A DNA stretch of 63,040 bases, the filler included, from Octopus bimaculoides (lineage: Eukaryota): the NCBI RefSeq assembly GCF_001194135.2. It is 4 parts of 4 records of this genome, joined end to end, with 100 filler letters (N's around TTAATTAATTAA, not from the genome) between each part and the next. Parts side by side here need not be neighbours in the genome. Positions count along the whole stretch, not along the records: positions 1 to 27,943 come from NC_068983.1; 3 more parts are not named here. One strand, given 5' to 3'. This document shows positions 12,934-26,313 of the stretch, in pieces (within the stretch, counting starts at the first letter, position 1; every line of letters begins with the position of its first letter). Below the pieces are notes generated by a model, which saw only the letters and a list, made by a program, of their open reading frames with translations, had not been told where the DNA came from and did not search any database. Position numbers and translations under genes: made by a program.

Positions 12934-14397
12934 GATATACTCTTTTACTCTTTTACTTGTTTCAGTCATTTGACTGCAGCCATGCTGGAGCACCGCCTTT
13001 AGTCGAGAAAATCGACCCCAGGACTTATTCTTTGTAAGCCTAGTACTTATTCTATCGGTCTCTTTTTGCCAAACCGCTAAGTAACGGGGACGTAAACGCA
13101 CCAGCATCGGTTGTCAAGCGATGGTGGTGGTGGGGGGGGGNNNNNNNNNNNNNNNNNNNNNNNNNNNNNNNNNNNNNCGCACAAACACAGATACATATAT
13201 ATATATACAACGGGCTTTCAATTTCCGTCTATCAAATCCACGCACAAGGCTTTGCTCGACCCGAGGCTATAGTAGAAGACACTTGCTCAAGGTGCCACGC
13301 AGTGGGACTGAACACGGAAACATGTGGCTGGTAAGCAAGCTACTTACCACACAACCACTCCTGCGCCTGTATATATAGAATACTTAAATATTCATTTATT
13401 CTGTAATTCTTTTACTTGTTTCAGTCATTTGACTGCGGCTATGCTTCTTTCAGTTTCCGTCTACCAAATCCATTCACAAGATTTTGGTCGTCCTGAGGCT
13501 ATAGTAGAAGACACTTGCTCAAGGTGCCATGCAGTGGGACTGAACTCAGAACCGTTTGGTTGGGAAGCAAGCTTTTTATCACACAGCCACTCCTGCGCCT
13601 ATATATATATTTGGTTTGTTGATCTTGCCGCAAGAATATATCTCAAACTTTTTCATATCCATACATAGACATATATGCGGTGTGCGTGCGTTTGTTTGTT
13701 TATATAAGGAAGTTTTATCAAAGTCTCTACGTCAGTGTTCGCATTATGTCTTCCATTCTTATATTCTATTATTCTCTATTCTTTTTATTGCTTCAGCCAT
13801 CGGACTGTGGTCATACTCGGGCACACCCTTCGATGGATCTATTCCGATATTACTGACCCCTGTAATAGTTTCAGCTTCTTATTTATTTTGTCGAAAATTA
13901 GTTACTTTTCCACGTAAAGAGATGCAATTCCAGTTACAGCCATACGTTTAGAAAATACAACGCTTGGGAATGAATAGAATGAGATCGTCGTATACAAATA
14001 AGGAAAGCATAGTAATGGGAGTTGACAGCTTTTTATACTATAATGTGCCGAGTACATAAAAAAAAAAAATATATATATTGTCAACATGCTTATTCAAGGT
14101 CGTGTATGTATGTGTGTGTGTGAGCGCGTGCGCTAATATCGAACACTGACAATGAGTGCTTGACACCGTATTGGTGGATAAATACTCTCTATATGTGGGT
14201 TAACAAATAAATAAATAAATAAATAAATAAATAAAACAATTGATTCGTGAGAACATATCTTCATAGTTGTTCAAGCGTGTCACATGGAAATGCTGATACT
14301 GTTCTCTATTTTGGATGAAAATTAACAGTGACTGAACGAGGTATTAACAGTGACTGCACGATAAAGTGAAGTATATTTGCCACTTAAATGTGGCTGA

Positions 14398-14655
14398 CCC
14401 CGAAGGGTGGATGTTACTGTTGCTTTTAGCCCCAGGAGGACATCTCCTCCAGCTGGCTATCGACACACATCTGTGTCCTGTCGTACGCTGAAGAAGGGAA
14501 ATAACCCTGAAACTCGAGTACGTACGTATCGTAGATCAAGATGGGAAAGATAACTTCCCTTGGCAAATACAGGCAGGACACAGATGTGTGTCGATAGCCA
14601 GCTGGAGGAGATGTCCTCCTGGGGCTAAAAGCAACAGTAACATCCACCCCTCGGG
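14398..14655. mobile_element. Foldback element: ~83-bp inverted arms (14398-14480 / 14574-14655) enclosing a hammerhead
   Basis: Arms nearly identical as reverse complements; the right arm runs into an N-gap. Confidence 0.75.
14482..14526 (+). ncRNA. Minimal type I hammerhead ribozyme, intact core
   Basis: CGTACG-CTGAAGA-AGGG(AAATAA)CCCT-GAAA-C(TCGA)G-TA-CGTACG: perfect 6-bp stem I, 4-bp stem II, palindromic stem III ACTCGAGT, GUA site (predicted cut after 14520). Confidence 0.9.
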
Positions 14656-16308
14656 NNNNNNNNNNNNNNNNNNNNNNNNNNNNNNNNNNNNNNNNNNNNN
14701 NNNNNNNNNNNNNNNNNNNNNNNNNNNNNNNNNNNNNNNNNNNNNNNNNTATATATATATATATATATATCGAAGTCCGTGACACAGCATAATAGTAAAC
14801 AGGAAAGGAGAGAGCAAAGATGTATTAATACATGATCGTGTGTGTGTAACGTTTAAATATTGATATATGTACTTGTGTGTACGTACGACATACATATACA
14901 TCTTTTTATGTTGTACTTGTTTCAGTCATTGAACTGCGACCATGCTGGGACACCACTTCGAAGGGTTCAGTCGAATAAATCGACCCCAGTGACTAATTTA
15001 ATTTTTTTTTTGGAAAACTTTGGTATCTTTCCTATTGGTCTCTTTACCGAACTGGTAAGTTACAGGGACGTAAACAAACCAACACCTGTTGTCAAGCGGG
15101 GAGAAGGGCACACAAACCCAAACGTCCCCTTCACACACATACACACGGTTTTGACAGGTCGACAGGATCTGACACATTCAGGGACTGTATTGTGCATCTG
15201 TGTCTGCTTTGGGATGGTTTCGACGGTTCGATGCCCTTTCTAAAGCCAACCACTTTTCTGGGTGTTTTTCTTTTTTTTTGCGTGGCAGTGGCACCAGTGA
15301 GTTTACCACACAGCTAGCAAGACTAAGATCCCCTGTAACTGAGTGGGGCCACACTAGAGGGGGGAAGTTGGTCAAAGTATGAAAGAAAGGACTTCCAACG
15401 GAACAGCTGTCCTGCTGTGGAGGAGCCACATGGCTACACAAATTGTAAAAAGGCAAAAGTAAACATGATAGACCTTGATACAAATAGTATTTCAATTTCA
15501 AGTTGTATTTCTGCATTCACGATTGAGGGCTCGATTCCCAAACCTAAAACCAAATAATTTGTGCTGCAAAAAATTGCACAAGGCGCAGGAGTGGCTGTGT
15601 GGTAAGTAGCTTGCTTACCAACCACATGGTTCTGGATTCAGTCTCACTGCGTGGCACCTTGGGCAAGTGTCTTCTACTATAGCCTCGGGCCGCCCAAAGC
15701 CTTGTGAGTGGATTTGGTAGACGGAAACTGAAAGAAGCCCGTCGTATATATATGTATATANNNNNNNNNNNNNNNNNNNNNNNNNNNNNNNNNNNNNNNN
15801 NNNNNNNNNNNNNNNNNNNNNNNNNNNNNNNNNNNNNNNNNNNNNNNNNNNNNNNNNNNNNNNNNNNNNNNNNNNNNNNNNNNNNNNNNNNNNNNNNNNN
15901 NNNNNNNNNNNNNNNNNNNNNNNNNNNNNNNNNNNNNNNNNNNNNNNNNNNNNNNNNNNNNNNNNNNNNNNNNNNNNNNNNNNNNNNNNNNNNNNNNNNN
16001 NNNNNNNNNNNNNNNNNNNNNNNNNNNNNNNNNNNNNNNNNNNNNNNNNNNNNNNNNNNNNNNNNNNNNNNNNNNNNNNNNNNNNNNNNNNNNNNNNNNN
16101 NNNNNNNNNNNNNNNNNNNNNNNNNNNNNNNNNNNNNNNNNNNNNNNNNNNNNNNNNNNNNNNNNNNNNNNNNNNNNNNNNNNNATATATATATATATAT
16201 ATACCGGAGTAAGCACATAAAATGTGCAACAAGGTGGAAAAAAGAGTACTCAAATACCAGAGGTAGAGTAATATGCTTTATTTAAAAGCAGCAGAAATAT
16301 AACAAAAG

Positions 16309-16348
16309 ACTGTCACTCGGAGTTTCACGTTCCCGGTCATCGGACAGT
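16309..16348 (-). ncRNA. Hammerhead relic
   Basis: ACTGT-CCGATGA-CCGGGAACGT-GAAAC(TCCGA)GT-G-ACAGT: perfect 5-bp stem I; U4 and the cleavage base are mutated. Confidence 0.55.
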
Positions 16349-16435
16349 TTTGTTAGAAATGGGAAAAGAATAACAATGCAATCAAAAGTAATATATAATT
16401 TGAAACATAGATCTGTTTGATTGGTCGTTTCAAAT

Positions 16436-16700
16436 ATATATATTAAAACTGAGAATGTTTGTCCGCCTGCGTGTTTGTTATGTGTGCACAACTAAAACTG
16501 GAGAACTACCCAACGGATTTCATTCAAATTTTACACATGCTTTACTTAGGGTCCATGCAGTGTCATGGGCAAGAAAAAATACAAAAATATTTCAACTTCT
16601 TGCTTAATGCGAGCTCGGAGCAATCTCTTATCTCTTTTCCGTATTACGTGTCAAAAGTGAAACAATAACATTTCTATTAATACTTTCACTATTATATGGT
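16436..16700 (+). mobile_element. Possible non-autonomous Helitron-like fragment (similar motif at 10678-10850)
   Basis: TATATATTAAAACTGAGAATGTTTGTC...GATTTCATTCAAATTTTACACA resembles a common Helitron-derived 5' pattern; resemblance only. Confidence 0.3.
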
Positions 16701-17133
16701 TCCAATTTCAGTTACTTTCAATATGTATTTATATGCATGTATGTATGTATGTATGTATGTATGTATGTATGTATGTATGTATGTATGTATGCATGCATGT
16801 ATGTATGTATGTATATATATATGTATATATATATATATATGTATATATNNNNNNNNNNNNNNNNNNNNNNNNNNNNNNNNNNNNNNNNNNNNNNNNNNNN
16901 NNNNNNNNNNNNNNNNNNNNNNNNNNNNNNNNNNNNNNNNNNNNNNNNNNNNNNNNNNNNNNNNNNNNNNNNNNNNNNNNNNNNNNNNNNNNNNNNNNNN
17001 NNNNNNNNNNNNNNNNNNNNNNNNNNNNNNNNNNNNNNNNNNNNNNNNNNNNNNNNNNNNNNNNNNNNNNNNNNNNNNNNNNNNNNNNNNNNNNNNNNNN
17101 NNNNNNNNNNNNNNNNNNNNNNNNNNNNGGACT

Positions 17134-17179
17134 AGCAGACCAGCCTGGTTTCGGGCTCTTTCTGCCTCTCTTCAGTACT
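17134..17179 (-). ncRNA. Type I hammerhead ribozyme, intact core
   Basis: AGTA-CTGAAGA-GAGGC(AGAAAGA)GCCC-GAAA-CCAGGCTGG-TC-TGCT: stem I 4 bp (one G:U), stem II 4 bp with one bulged A, quasi-palindromic stem III, GUC site. Confidence 0.8.
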
Positions 17180-17224
17180 GGACATCTCGTCCGCTAGAGA
17201 TTAATTTTTTGTTAGGATAATTAA

Positions 17225-18535
17225 TATCGTACATAGAGGGGACAAAACAGGACAATACAAACAATTATTATTATTATGAGTTCGTATGATAGTTTTTTTT
17301 AAAATATTGAATGATATATAATTAAAATTTGACTTTGTGGGGGTGGGGATTAAACCTGATGAGCTGAAAAGCCCAGCGACTATACCTTTTCCTTTTCCCA
17401 TGCGGATTAAGCAGGGTCACTTGCGCCCACCTGTCTTACCACAGCCTTCCATCTTTTCTCGAACACACCTCGCGACAGGCATCTCTCCAGCCCTATCTTA
17501 CTCTTCAGATGATATCTGAAGTATGTCAGCAAACCAAAACCTGAGATGAAGGATCCCGTCACGAGTCCTTGCAATCTGGTTTTCCACACACACTCTTTCA
17601 ACACTGCAACTGAACAGAGAAAACCTGCCTCAGCTCCCTTTGAGAGTCCAGTTGGTGGCACAATCCTTATTATAGACTCAGCTGATAGCTGTACTCTTCC
17701 TAGGCGTGACAACACGTGTTCAACGTAAATTATCAAGCCTGAAAACTTCCGGCACTGTACAAAAGCGTGCTGGACGGTTTCATCGTCCAGCCCACATCTT
17801 GGACGTGCCGTTGGCACTGACATTCCGTGCCTGGATAACTTATCGCGGAGCGGTAAAGCGTTCCTGTAGCACTACCAGGTCGGTGATTTTTGGTAATTAT
17901 CCAAATACCCCGGCCTGAAAGATCTTGGAACAGGTTGGCAAGTTGGTTCTCGTCGAACCTCATAGCCCCTCCTAGGACGTCATCATTTTAAAACTCTGCC
18001 AGCCCTTTATACAAAACCGAGGTGGTATTCCCACTGCCCTCCTTGCACGTCTTGTGGATTAGCACGTGTGCCTGTCGACACTCCTTTCGCCATTCTGTCA
18101 GATTACGTCTATTAATAAAACTGGGTTTGAATCGCTCCAAAGAGGCTGGTCGCGGAAAGAATTCCTCCGCCAGCGGATTCCACACCTTGTCACCCTCCAG
18201 GTAGCGCCAGAGATGTCTCAGCCTCAACGCATGTCTGCGCATTATTAGCCAGGGCATCCCTGACCCACCCTTTAACGGTTCCTGGCAGCAGTGGCTTTCC
18301 TCCTTTCCACAATAAGCGGAAGAGGAGGCGTTCCAACTTGTTTAGCCATGAGTCGGGGCAAGGGACAACGGTTAGGTGGTAGGTGATTACAGATGCAATA
18401 AACACTTCTGTCACCTCCACCCTTCCTTTCAGGGCCATAGCCCGTCTGGACCAAGTCCGGATTAAGGCCTCCACCTTGTCTGCCACCTCGCTCCAATTCT
18501 TCTCCGTCTGGGAACTACAGCGGCAGAAAAACTGG
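17225..18535 (-). mobile_element. 5'-truncated, frameshifted Tx1/L1-clade non-LTR retrotransposon (ORF2 C-terminal region and 3' UTR)
   Basis: NWSEVADKVEALIRTWSRRAMALKGR, RLLFRLLWKG, GxGMP..., and the zinc knuckle PRCGLDDETVQHAFVQC across several frames. Confidence 0.88.
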
Positions 18536-21020
18536 GTCTTTCCTTTCCCTGTGTTGTTGTTTCACCTACATTTTCACTGGTATTACCTTTTCCCATCGCG
18601 GGAAAATCTTTTTTTAATGCAATATTAAATTCCATCATATACTTTTTTTTTTTAATTGCCAAAAATGACACAAAATGACAAAATAAATGTACTACCCAGC
18701 AACAGGTAAAGAAAAACAGCTCAGCAATAAATTTTTTTTCCACAATAATTTCAAAACAGAATTTTCTGCCCTGTAGGGGCAACAGTTCAGTTCAAAGCAA
18801 AATACACAAAAATATCCTACAGTCCTTTAATATTTCCTGAAACGGCCGTNNNNNNNNNNTATCTACACACGCACACACGGTTTTCATGTTCTTATATCTT
18901 ACTTTATGTACATTTTATATCTTATTTTTATTATACTCTTTTATTACCTTTTATTATTTTTTACTATTTGAATTTTTAATATAATAATGTATCCCATCCA
19001 AGTCTTATAAATCCCCGTAAGCACGATTTAGCTTTGGGATGTAAAGAACTGACAACTGAAATTTTTATCTTGTACAAAAAATTTTTTATTACTCCTTAGC
19101 TCATAAACGAGGACAAAAAACAGTTGTACTATACACGGAGTATTGCCTCCATTAAAAATTCTCGTACACACACACACACACACACATACACAGATATATA
19201 TAGATAGGGAACATCGGTACGATATGCCAAAATAATGCAAAGCGACAAAGGAACGTATTCACGGTTATTCGATCTGCAAAAATAGCTGCCAAATCTACCA
19301 TAACATCATAAACGGGGAAGGATACATTGACTAATGTAGTCTGGGTTATACTATCCCCTCTTTTGTACCAAGAAGGGTGAGATAGTTATGACTCATACAC
19401 CTTTGACCATAGGTGCACTCAGCCACCTCTGAGACGGAGTTAAACAACTTGAGTATGACATTTATGTATTGAATATAATGCATCTATATATTTGGAAAAA
19501 AAAAGTTTATCTGATTAAGCAAAGCTTCAGTTTGAAAAACACAATTTGATTACATTATGGTTCACCACTTCCGCTAATATTGTGTAGTGTTGTGGCAACA
19601 TATTTACAATAACTTCGATAATGATGTTTAGGTTATTCTAATAATATTTTGCATTTAAATTATAGTTACTAGCAGTTTTCATGATTATTGATTTTCAACA
19701 TAGGAAGATGGCGGCTATAAGCTTTTGTTTGTTTTGTGTGGAGTGGTAATGGCGGGAAGGGGATACACGTCTTCTTCCATTGATGTTGAAAATTTTCCAG
19801 TAGCACTAAACAGATTCTGAATTTAATACATCGACTTCAGTAACTTATTCTTGTGACTGGTCTGGAAGGTCGCTTACATCATTAACAAGTTTTTGTATTT
19901 TCTGTATATAGAAACATTATGTTGTGTAAAAACATTTTTCGGTGACAAAAGTAACATATTATCCGGCATACAAATCGTGTTTTTCAGATCAAAATTCACT
20001 GGCAAAAATGGAAGATCGGCACATCTATCACCAAGACAACTTTGGAGGACCAAACATTTCATGAGAAATGCAACAGGATTTGGAAAAATGGCAACGATGT
20101 TTTAATACCGGAAAATACGGTACGTGAACACTTTTAAGGTGCAATTTATGATGCATCTCAAAACAAACACTTAACTCCAGTTTCCAAATCATCCATCAAT
20201 ATTTTTTTTTTACTCACCTTTTATGATCTGTCGTGCTTTATGTGTTACAGTTTCTATTTTGTTAAACCATTCAGCTTTAAACAAATGTCCAGTTTATAAC
20301 GAAAAACGTTACCGTTACTGGCTCTGCTAAACATTCTATTTACTTATCCATGAAGCTCTCCATTGCTCTGTCGTGTACATTTTCACAAGAAGAAAGGATG
20401 GTATGTTATTGTTTCTCTCCTTTTCTTTTGCATATCACCCACAATTCCTTCACATTTCCCGTTGTAATCGTGCATTTAACATTATTTTCCGCATGAGTTC
20501 TTCCGTTTCCTTAAGACAATCAACTTATACTGCATTTCCATTTTTGGCATAAACAACGTTGCAACAACTTACATATATGAAGACATTCCATTACCACACA
20601 CACGCTCTAATGGCTTTGCCTTCAGCGATTGTTCCCAGCTTATTTCTACTTATTTTATGGTCGCAGAAAGTTAAAGTCGACTGCGACGGTGTTCGAACTC
20701 TGAATGTGGTGTAACGCAACAAAATACTATATCCTTTTTGGGGTCTGGTGCTCTACCGATTCTGCCACGAATAATTCTCTGCTCTGCGAGGTCACAAAGG
20801 GAAAGAGTGCAATGTAATTAGGGCGAAGGCGAAAGGTTGATATGGAGAACCAGTTGAGCAAATAGATTAATTCGAAAGACAAGAACCAGTCGCAGAGTCG
20901 ACTAAAAGGAGCCAAGATGTATTAGAAGAGAAACTGGCAGTAAGAGAAGAGGAGAGATAAGAAGAGGGTAGGAGGGGAGAAAGAGAGAAAGAAAGATAGA
21001 TAGGTAGAGAGAAGAAGAAG

Positions 21021-21051
<31 letters not shown>

Positions 21052-22259
21052 CGAAGGGAGAAGAGGGAGTCAGTGAGAGAAAGGCAACAGAGCAGTTAAG
21101 TTATGTAGCAACTAGTGAGAAACTTTTCTAAAGCTGAGGCTGGTAATAAAAGAAAAGAGAGGGGTGACAGTGAGAGATAGATTAGCAGCAGAGCAGTCAT
21201 GTTATTTCGTGGCAATCAGAGGGGAAACTCTTGTAGTTTTACTCTAATATAAACTATAACATGGAAAACATTTCCAAATGTGGATTTAAATATGTAAAAG
21301 GGACAAAACGGCTTTGTTGTTTTTGCGTGAGATTGGTTAAGAAAACATAAATATAAGCATAAATAATGGTTTTGAATTTAAGCACATGATCAGCAGCTTC
21401 TGAGGGGAGGGGTTACATACAGTCAATTATATCGGCCTCCAGTTCTTGACCGGCACTAATTTTATCGAAAGGGGTGAAAGACAAAACCGACCTCGGTGGA
21501 ATTTGTGCTCGGAATATAAAGACGGATGAAATGCTGCTAAGCATTTTGTCTGGTATGCTAACGGTTCTACCCGTTCGCTGCCTTTAATGGTCTCGAATTT
21601 TGGCACAAGGCCAGTAAGTTTGAGGGATGGGGTAAGTTGATTACATCGCCCTCCATTACTTGAGTGGTACTTATTTTATCGCCCCACACCCATTCTGCAA
21701 GGGGTGAAAAGCAAAGTCGACGTCGGCGGAATTTGAACTTAAGACGTAAAGTCGAAAGAAATACCGCTAAGCATTTTGTCCGGCACGGTAACGATTCAGA
21801 CAGCTCACCGCCTTCAAATGTACACATAAATAACAGAAGTAGGTTAAAACTATTTTTAAAATCCTTACAAAAATATGTTACAGAATGAACGGTCGTACCA
21901 TTTGTACTAATGAAAGGGACATGTTGGGTTTAATTAGGTCATATTCAGATAAGCATAAAATATGTGTTCTTAAAATAAGGGGAAAATGTGATCAACTCCA
22001 TTGAGTTCCAAACTCACGCAGACAATTTAGTAATGAAATTTGTCATAAAATTTATAATGAAAAGAATTTTGAACAAAAATTTATAGTCATAAATATACAT
22101 TAAGAAATAAAATATTTTCAGGGATGACCTGTTTTCTACATTACCGTAAATAAACTTCATAGAAATATTTGTGTCTATTAATTGCACATTTATTCTCTAT
22201 TATTAGATTTTACAAGAGCAAAAAGTATTTTGCGGATTCAGTAAAGCAACTATTTAGAA

Positions 22260-22455
22260 CAGCAGTTCTCAACTGCGGCTCGTAGGGCCTCATGCGACCC
22301 TCACGCATTCTTCTGTTGGCCTTCGACGGTCTTCTCTCTATAAATGTAATAAATTTTTCTTTAATTGACTTATGTGTTACTATCTTTGGTGTCGCCTGCT
22401 AAGCAGTTCCTAGTTTTGGATTTGGCCCGGATATCAAAATAGTTGAGGACCACTG
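22260..22455. mobile_element. hAT MITE
   Basis: TIRs CAGCAGTTCTCAACT / AGTTGAGGACCACTG; flanking 8-mers ATTTAGAA / ATTCATAA match 6 of 8, consistent with a TSD. Confidence 0.7.
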
Positions 22456-22621
22456 ATTCATAATCGTACATTATTTTTCTGAAATAGCACACATTACAAA
22501 AATCTTGACACCCAGAAGATTAATAGCTTTTAAAAAAAAGTTATTACTTTTTGAGCACAAAAATAAAATCTCTTAACAAAATTTTTTAAAAATATATCAT
22601 TAGTTTTTTTGCAGCATTTAT

Positions 22622-23400
22622 TCAGCTAGGTCCTTGTGACTGATGCAGTTTCACAAGCTTTTCAATATCAGCGCCCTTGGATGGTAGGGACACGAAAAAT
22701 GAAGATCACCTCTACTTCAATTTCTAAATGATCACGAGCTTTTGATAGTCAGACTAAAATCCAGTTCAGCTGGGTAAGAAGTAAGAAAGGCAATGAAATG
22801 TAATTGCCAAAGTCATGGGAATTTCATTGCGATTTGACTGTTTGTCCTTAAGTTATTGACCTATGATTAAATTTAGCTTGAATAGTTTGATTACTCTACG
22901 ACTCGATAAGATCGTCTTGTAACCTGATATCAACATCAGCCCTTATTCCGAATGAGATTACTGCTCAACTTGGCATATTCATTTGCAGGAGGTCTTTGAA
23001 CCTAATTTCCAATTTACTTTGCAATTTCTTTAAGTGCTCAATGTTTATTATAATATCTTCGTCATGCAGCTCTTCCTCAATAGTAGAAGAGGTTGAAAAA
23101 TGCATCAACACCTCACAGCTAATATTTATCGTAAAGTTTTCCAAGGAAAGCTCTTGTAACCTCTTTGCAAATTAAAAGATTTGTATCTTTGCCTTGTAGC
23201 TGTTTGTCAATCAAATTTAGCTTCTCAGATATAATTTTAAGGTAGACTGCGTCACATTTGGCGACTAGGATTTCTTCTCTAAGCTTCTTACAATTCAGAA
23301 ACATTACAACATTGTCCTAAAGTTCAACGAAGTGGCATGAGCAATTATCCTTACAGGTTGTCACCGGATGTATGACCTTCAAAGCAGTAACATAATATTT
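22622..23400 (-). mobile_element. Decayed hAT (Buster/Charlie-type) transposase C-terminal part
   Basis: YLKIISEKLNLIDKQLQGKDTNL...AFLGKL and ...DIEKLVKLHQSQG*, with stops and frameshifts. Confidence 0.75.
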
Positions 23401-24461
23401 ATTACATACAAGACTTTCTAATGCCAACTTGATACCTTATTCATAAATGATATATCATTTTCGAATCGCCAAGTAAATCCACTCCTTTTCTTTTTCTATC
23501 ATGACGGAACTTAAGATACAGAAAATACATTGTGTGTGTGTGTGTATGTTTTTGTGTCTAGATTTTAAAGAGTTACAGATACTAATAGAAGATTTTAGAA
23601 AGAAACTGTGTTAGTAGTGATGTCCCTTCATTGAGCTTGCTTTCCACCGCTCGCACCATCTAATTCCCAAACTTTTCTGCGGCCTCACTGTATTTCGCCA
23701 TGACTCCAGGTTGGGAATCACTACTCTACGTTACTGCGATTTCTTGGGGTTTTAGAGAATGAAATGGTAAGATATATGAATACTAATGCTTGTCCCTCAA
23801 ATACCAGTCCCACTGAGGGAGAAAAAGAAGAAGTCGGCAGCGGTGGAATTTGAACACAGGATGTAATATAACAATTTACATCTTGTATATCAAAAAACGT
23901 CACACACTCAATTATGCCACGAACCGCCCTTCATACATCCTCAACTATGTAATATGTAATAAAATTATTGAAATGAGTTTTAAGCTGCTTCATAAACTGA
24001 AGGTTACACCTCTCTATAAAGGAGGACACGGGAATTTAGGATAATTATTGAGTTCTCATAATTATCAAATACACAGTGGAAGACCAATAAAATGTCTGAA
24101 ATAAACACGTAATTACTAAAGATCACGTGTCATGAAGATCACATATCATAAAATCACATAAAAAGATCATCTCTCCTTGAAGACCATATTTCATAAAGAA
24201 TCATTATCATAAATCGCAAATCTGATAAAAGATCAAACGTCATACAGACATTTACTGATTGGTAACAGTATGTTATTGCACAGCATTGAAGCATAACAGA
24301 CAAAAAGACAAATATCACTTGTATAAAATGACACGAAGCTATTTTAGAATGAATGAATAGATTAATCTCACATAGGAAATGATATATCTAGCATTGAAAT
24401 AACTATCGTCAGCAGATATTATTTATTCTAAACAAAGAAAAAAAAAATTAAAATAAATTAC

Positions 24462-24544
24462 TTCCACGAATAGGACTTGAACACATACAGGAAGTTATCC
24501 ATTAGCACTGAAGCCTTTAGCGCTAACCACTCGGCCACAGTGTT
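24462..24544 (-). pseudogene. Heavily decayed tRNA-Leu-like copy
   Basis: TAGC 5' flank plus TGGCCGAGTGGTTA, AATGGA and GTGTTCAAGTCCTATTCGTG colinear with the intact gene. Confidence 0.6.
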
Positions 24545-25079
24545 GCTATGATTGGCTTTTACTAGAAAGTGGGCCTCCACCCTTTAATGTACTCGAAATG
24601 AAACCTTAGAAAGTCCATAACATTCTTAAAAGTGCCTTTTGAATTAAAATGAATTGAGTTTATTGTATGCATATCTACAATCTTCAACACTTACAGTATT
24701 CCAGAATCCTGATTATATATATGTATGTGCGTATGTGTGCGTATGAGTGTGTGTGAGTATGTATGTATGCATGTGTGTATGTATGTACGTATGTATCTAT
24801 GTAAGTGTGCGTGTGTGTAAGTATATGTGTATGTATGTGTGTTATCTTTTACTTGTTTTAGTCATTGGACTGCGGCCATACTGGGGTACTCCCTTGGAGG
24901 TTTTCTTTTAAAGTCTGGTACTGATCCTATCGGCCCCTTTTGTTTAACCGCGAATGCACGGAGCCGTAAACAAACCAACACCGGTTGTCAGGTGGTGAAG
25001 GGGAGGCAGTCACAAATACAAACTCACACATAACCTAGAGATTGGTCAGAAGGAAAGTAGAGAGACACGACAGATCTTG

Positions 25080-25467
25080 ATTATCGGAATCGTCATGAGA
25101 AACTGAAACTTTATTGCCTCCGACGCCGACGTAAGCACAATATCATTTGTAGGATGTGGGAAATATGCCAACAGCATTTCCCAGATGATTTTGGCATCAA
25201 CTTTAAATTCATCCAAGGCTTAATCCCCGTGTTATTCGTCCTCTCCTAGAATCATGTTCGTGCCACATTATAACACGAAGACAAGACTATTTCACCTCAA
25301 CTGGCCTTACCCGCTTTATCATCGTGCAAAGACACGTAAGAGAAGAAAAAGATCTCATCACATTCAAACGGTTTGTAGATCACTATCTCCAACAAATTCC
25401 AGATAAACCCCCTACCTCTGAAAACAATACCTCTTTACTCAAATGGACTAGGGTGCCCAAAGAATGA
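25080..25467 (+). mobile_element. CR1/L2-type LINE ORF2 3' fragment
   Basis: LYCLRRRR..IICRMWEI, then HPRL...FKRFVDHYLQQIPDKP...SLLKW*. Confidence 0.7.
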
Positions 25468-26131
25468 ATGTAATATGAGACAACATGAGATGTCTTTTCC
25501 AGGTGGTGCTATTAAGTTAGGTATGGCCTAGGCTAATTCTGGCCGAAACTTAACTAAGCATCTAAGTATAGTAACGACACAATACATGCTGCAGCACTGG
25601 GATGTTAATTTAGTTATCGAAACGCAACGTTTCATTTTGTCGATACTCCGAGAATCACATTTGACAAAGCACATGCATAGATCTATGTGTTGCAAATTGT
25701 TCTGGGTTTCTTTTCATTTACCATTTTCAGGTCAGCCAGAAGCAAATCAATTCAGTGAATATTTCGCCAGAGCAGCTTGGCAAGCGAACTTACTGGTATA
25801 TCGTTAAGTATAAATATTTTAGTATTTCAACTCATGTCCATTGTCCGAAAATATTTCGTCACACATCTGTGACCTCTTCAGCGACACTTTCGTTTTCGCG
25901 TGTGTTCTTGCTTCACTTACTCCATTCTGACAGAATGGTGTAAGTGGAGATATAAATAAAAGGTTTCCCGTCCCTTTCGACGACGATGAATATTCATTTG
26001 TGAGATCAACTGCATTAATTACCTGCACATTGAATTAGCGTGAATATTCCACAGAGACATGTACCTTTAGAAATAACTGAAAGGGGCCAGTGGCATTAAT
26101 TTCGAGTTACAAGCATTTATTCTAGAGAACA

Positions 26132-26214
26132 CAAACACGATTGGGGCTTGAACCTATGTAGACAAATATTCATTGGAACTTAAGACCAGCGGGTTAATCT
26201 CTCGGTCATGAGTT
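26132..26214 (-). pseudogene. Decayed tRNA-Leu(UAA) copy, tandem to the intact gene
   Basis: ATGACCGAGAGATTAA...CTTAAGTTCCAATG...GGTTCAAGCCCCAATCGTG aligns along the intact gene with many substitutions. Confidence 0.8.
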
Positions 26215-26313
26215 AATTGTTGTAGGATGGAATTTGTTTTCTCATGTACTTGTTATGAAAAAGTATCAACACCTATTCTTAAGAAGAGGTTTAAAAAAAG
26301 AAAAGAAATAAAC

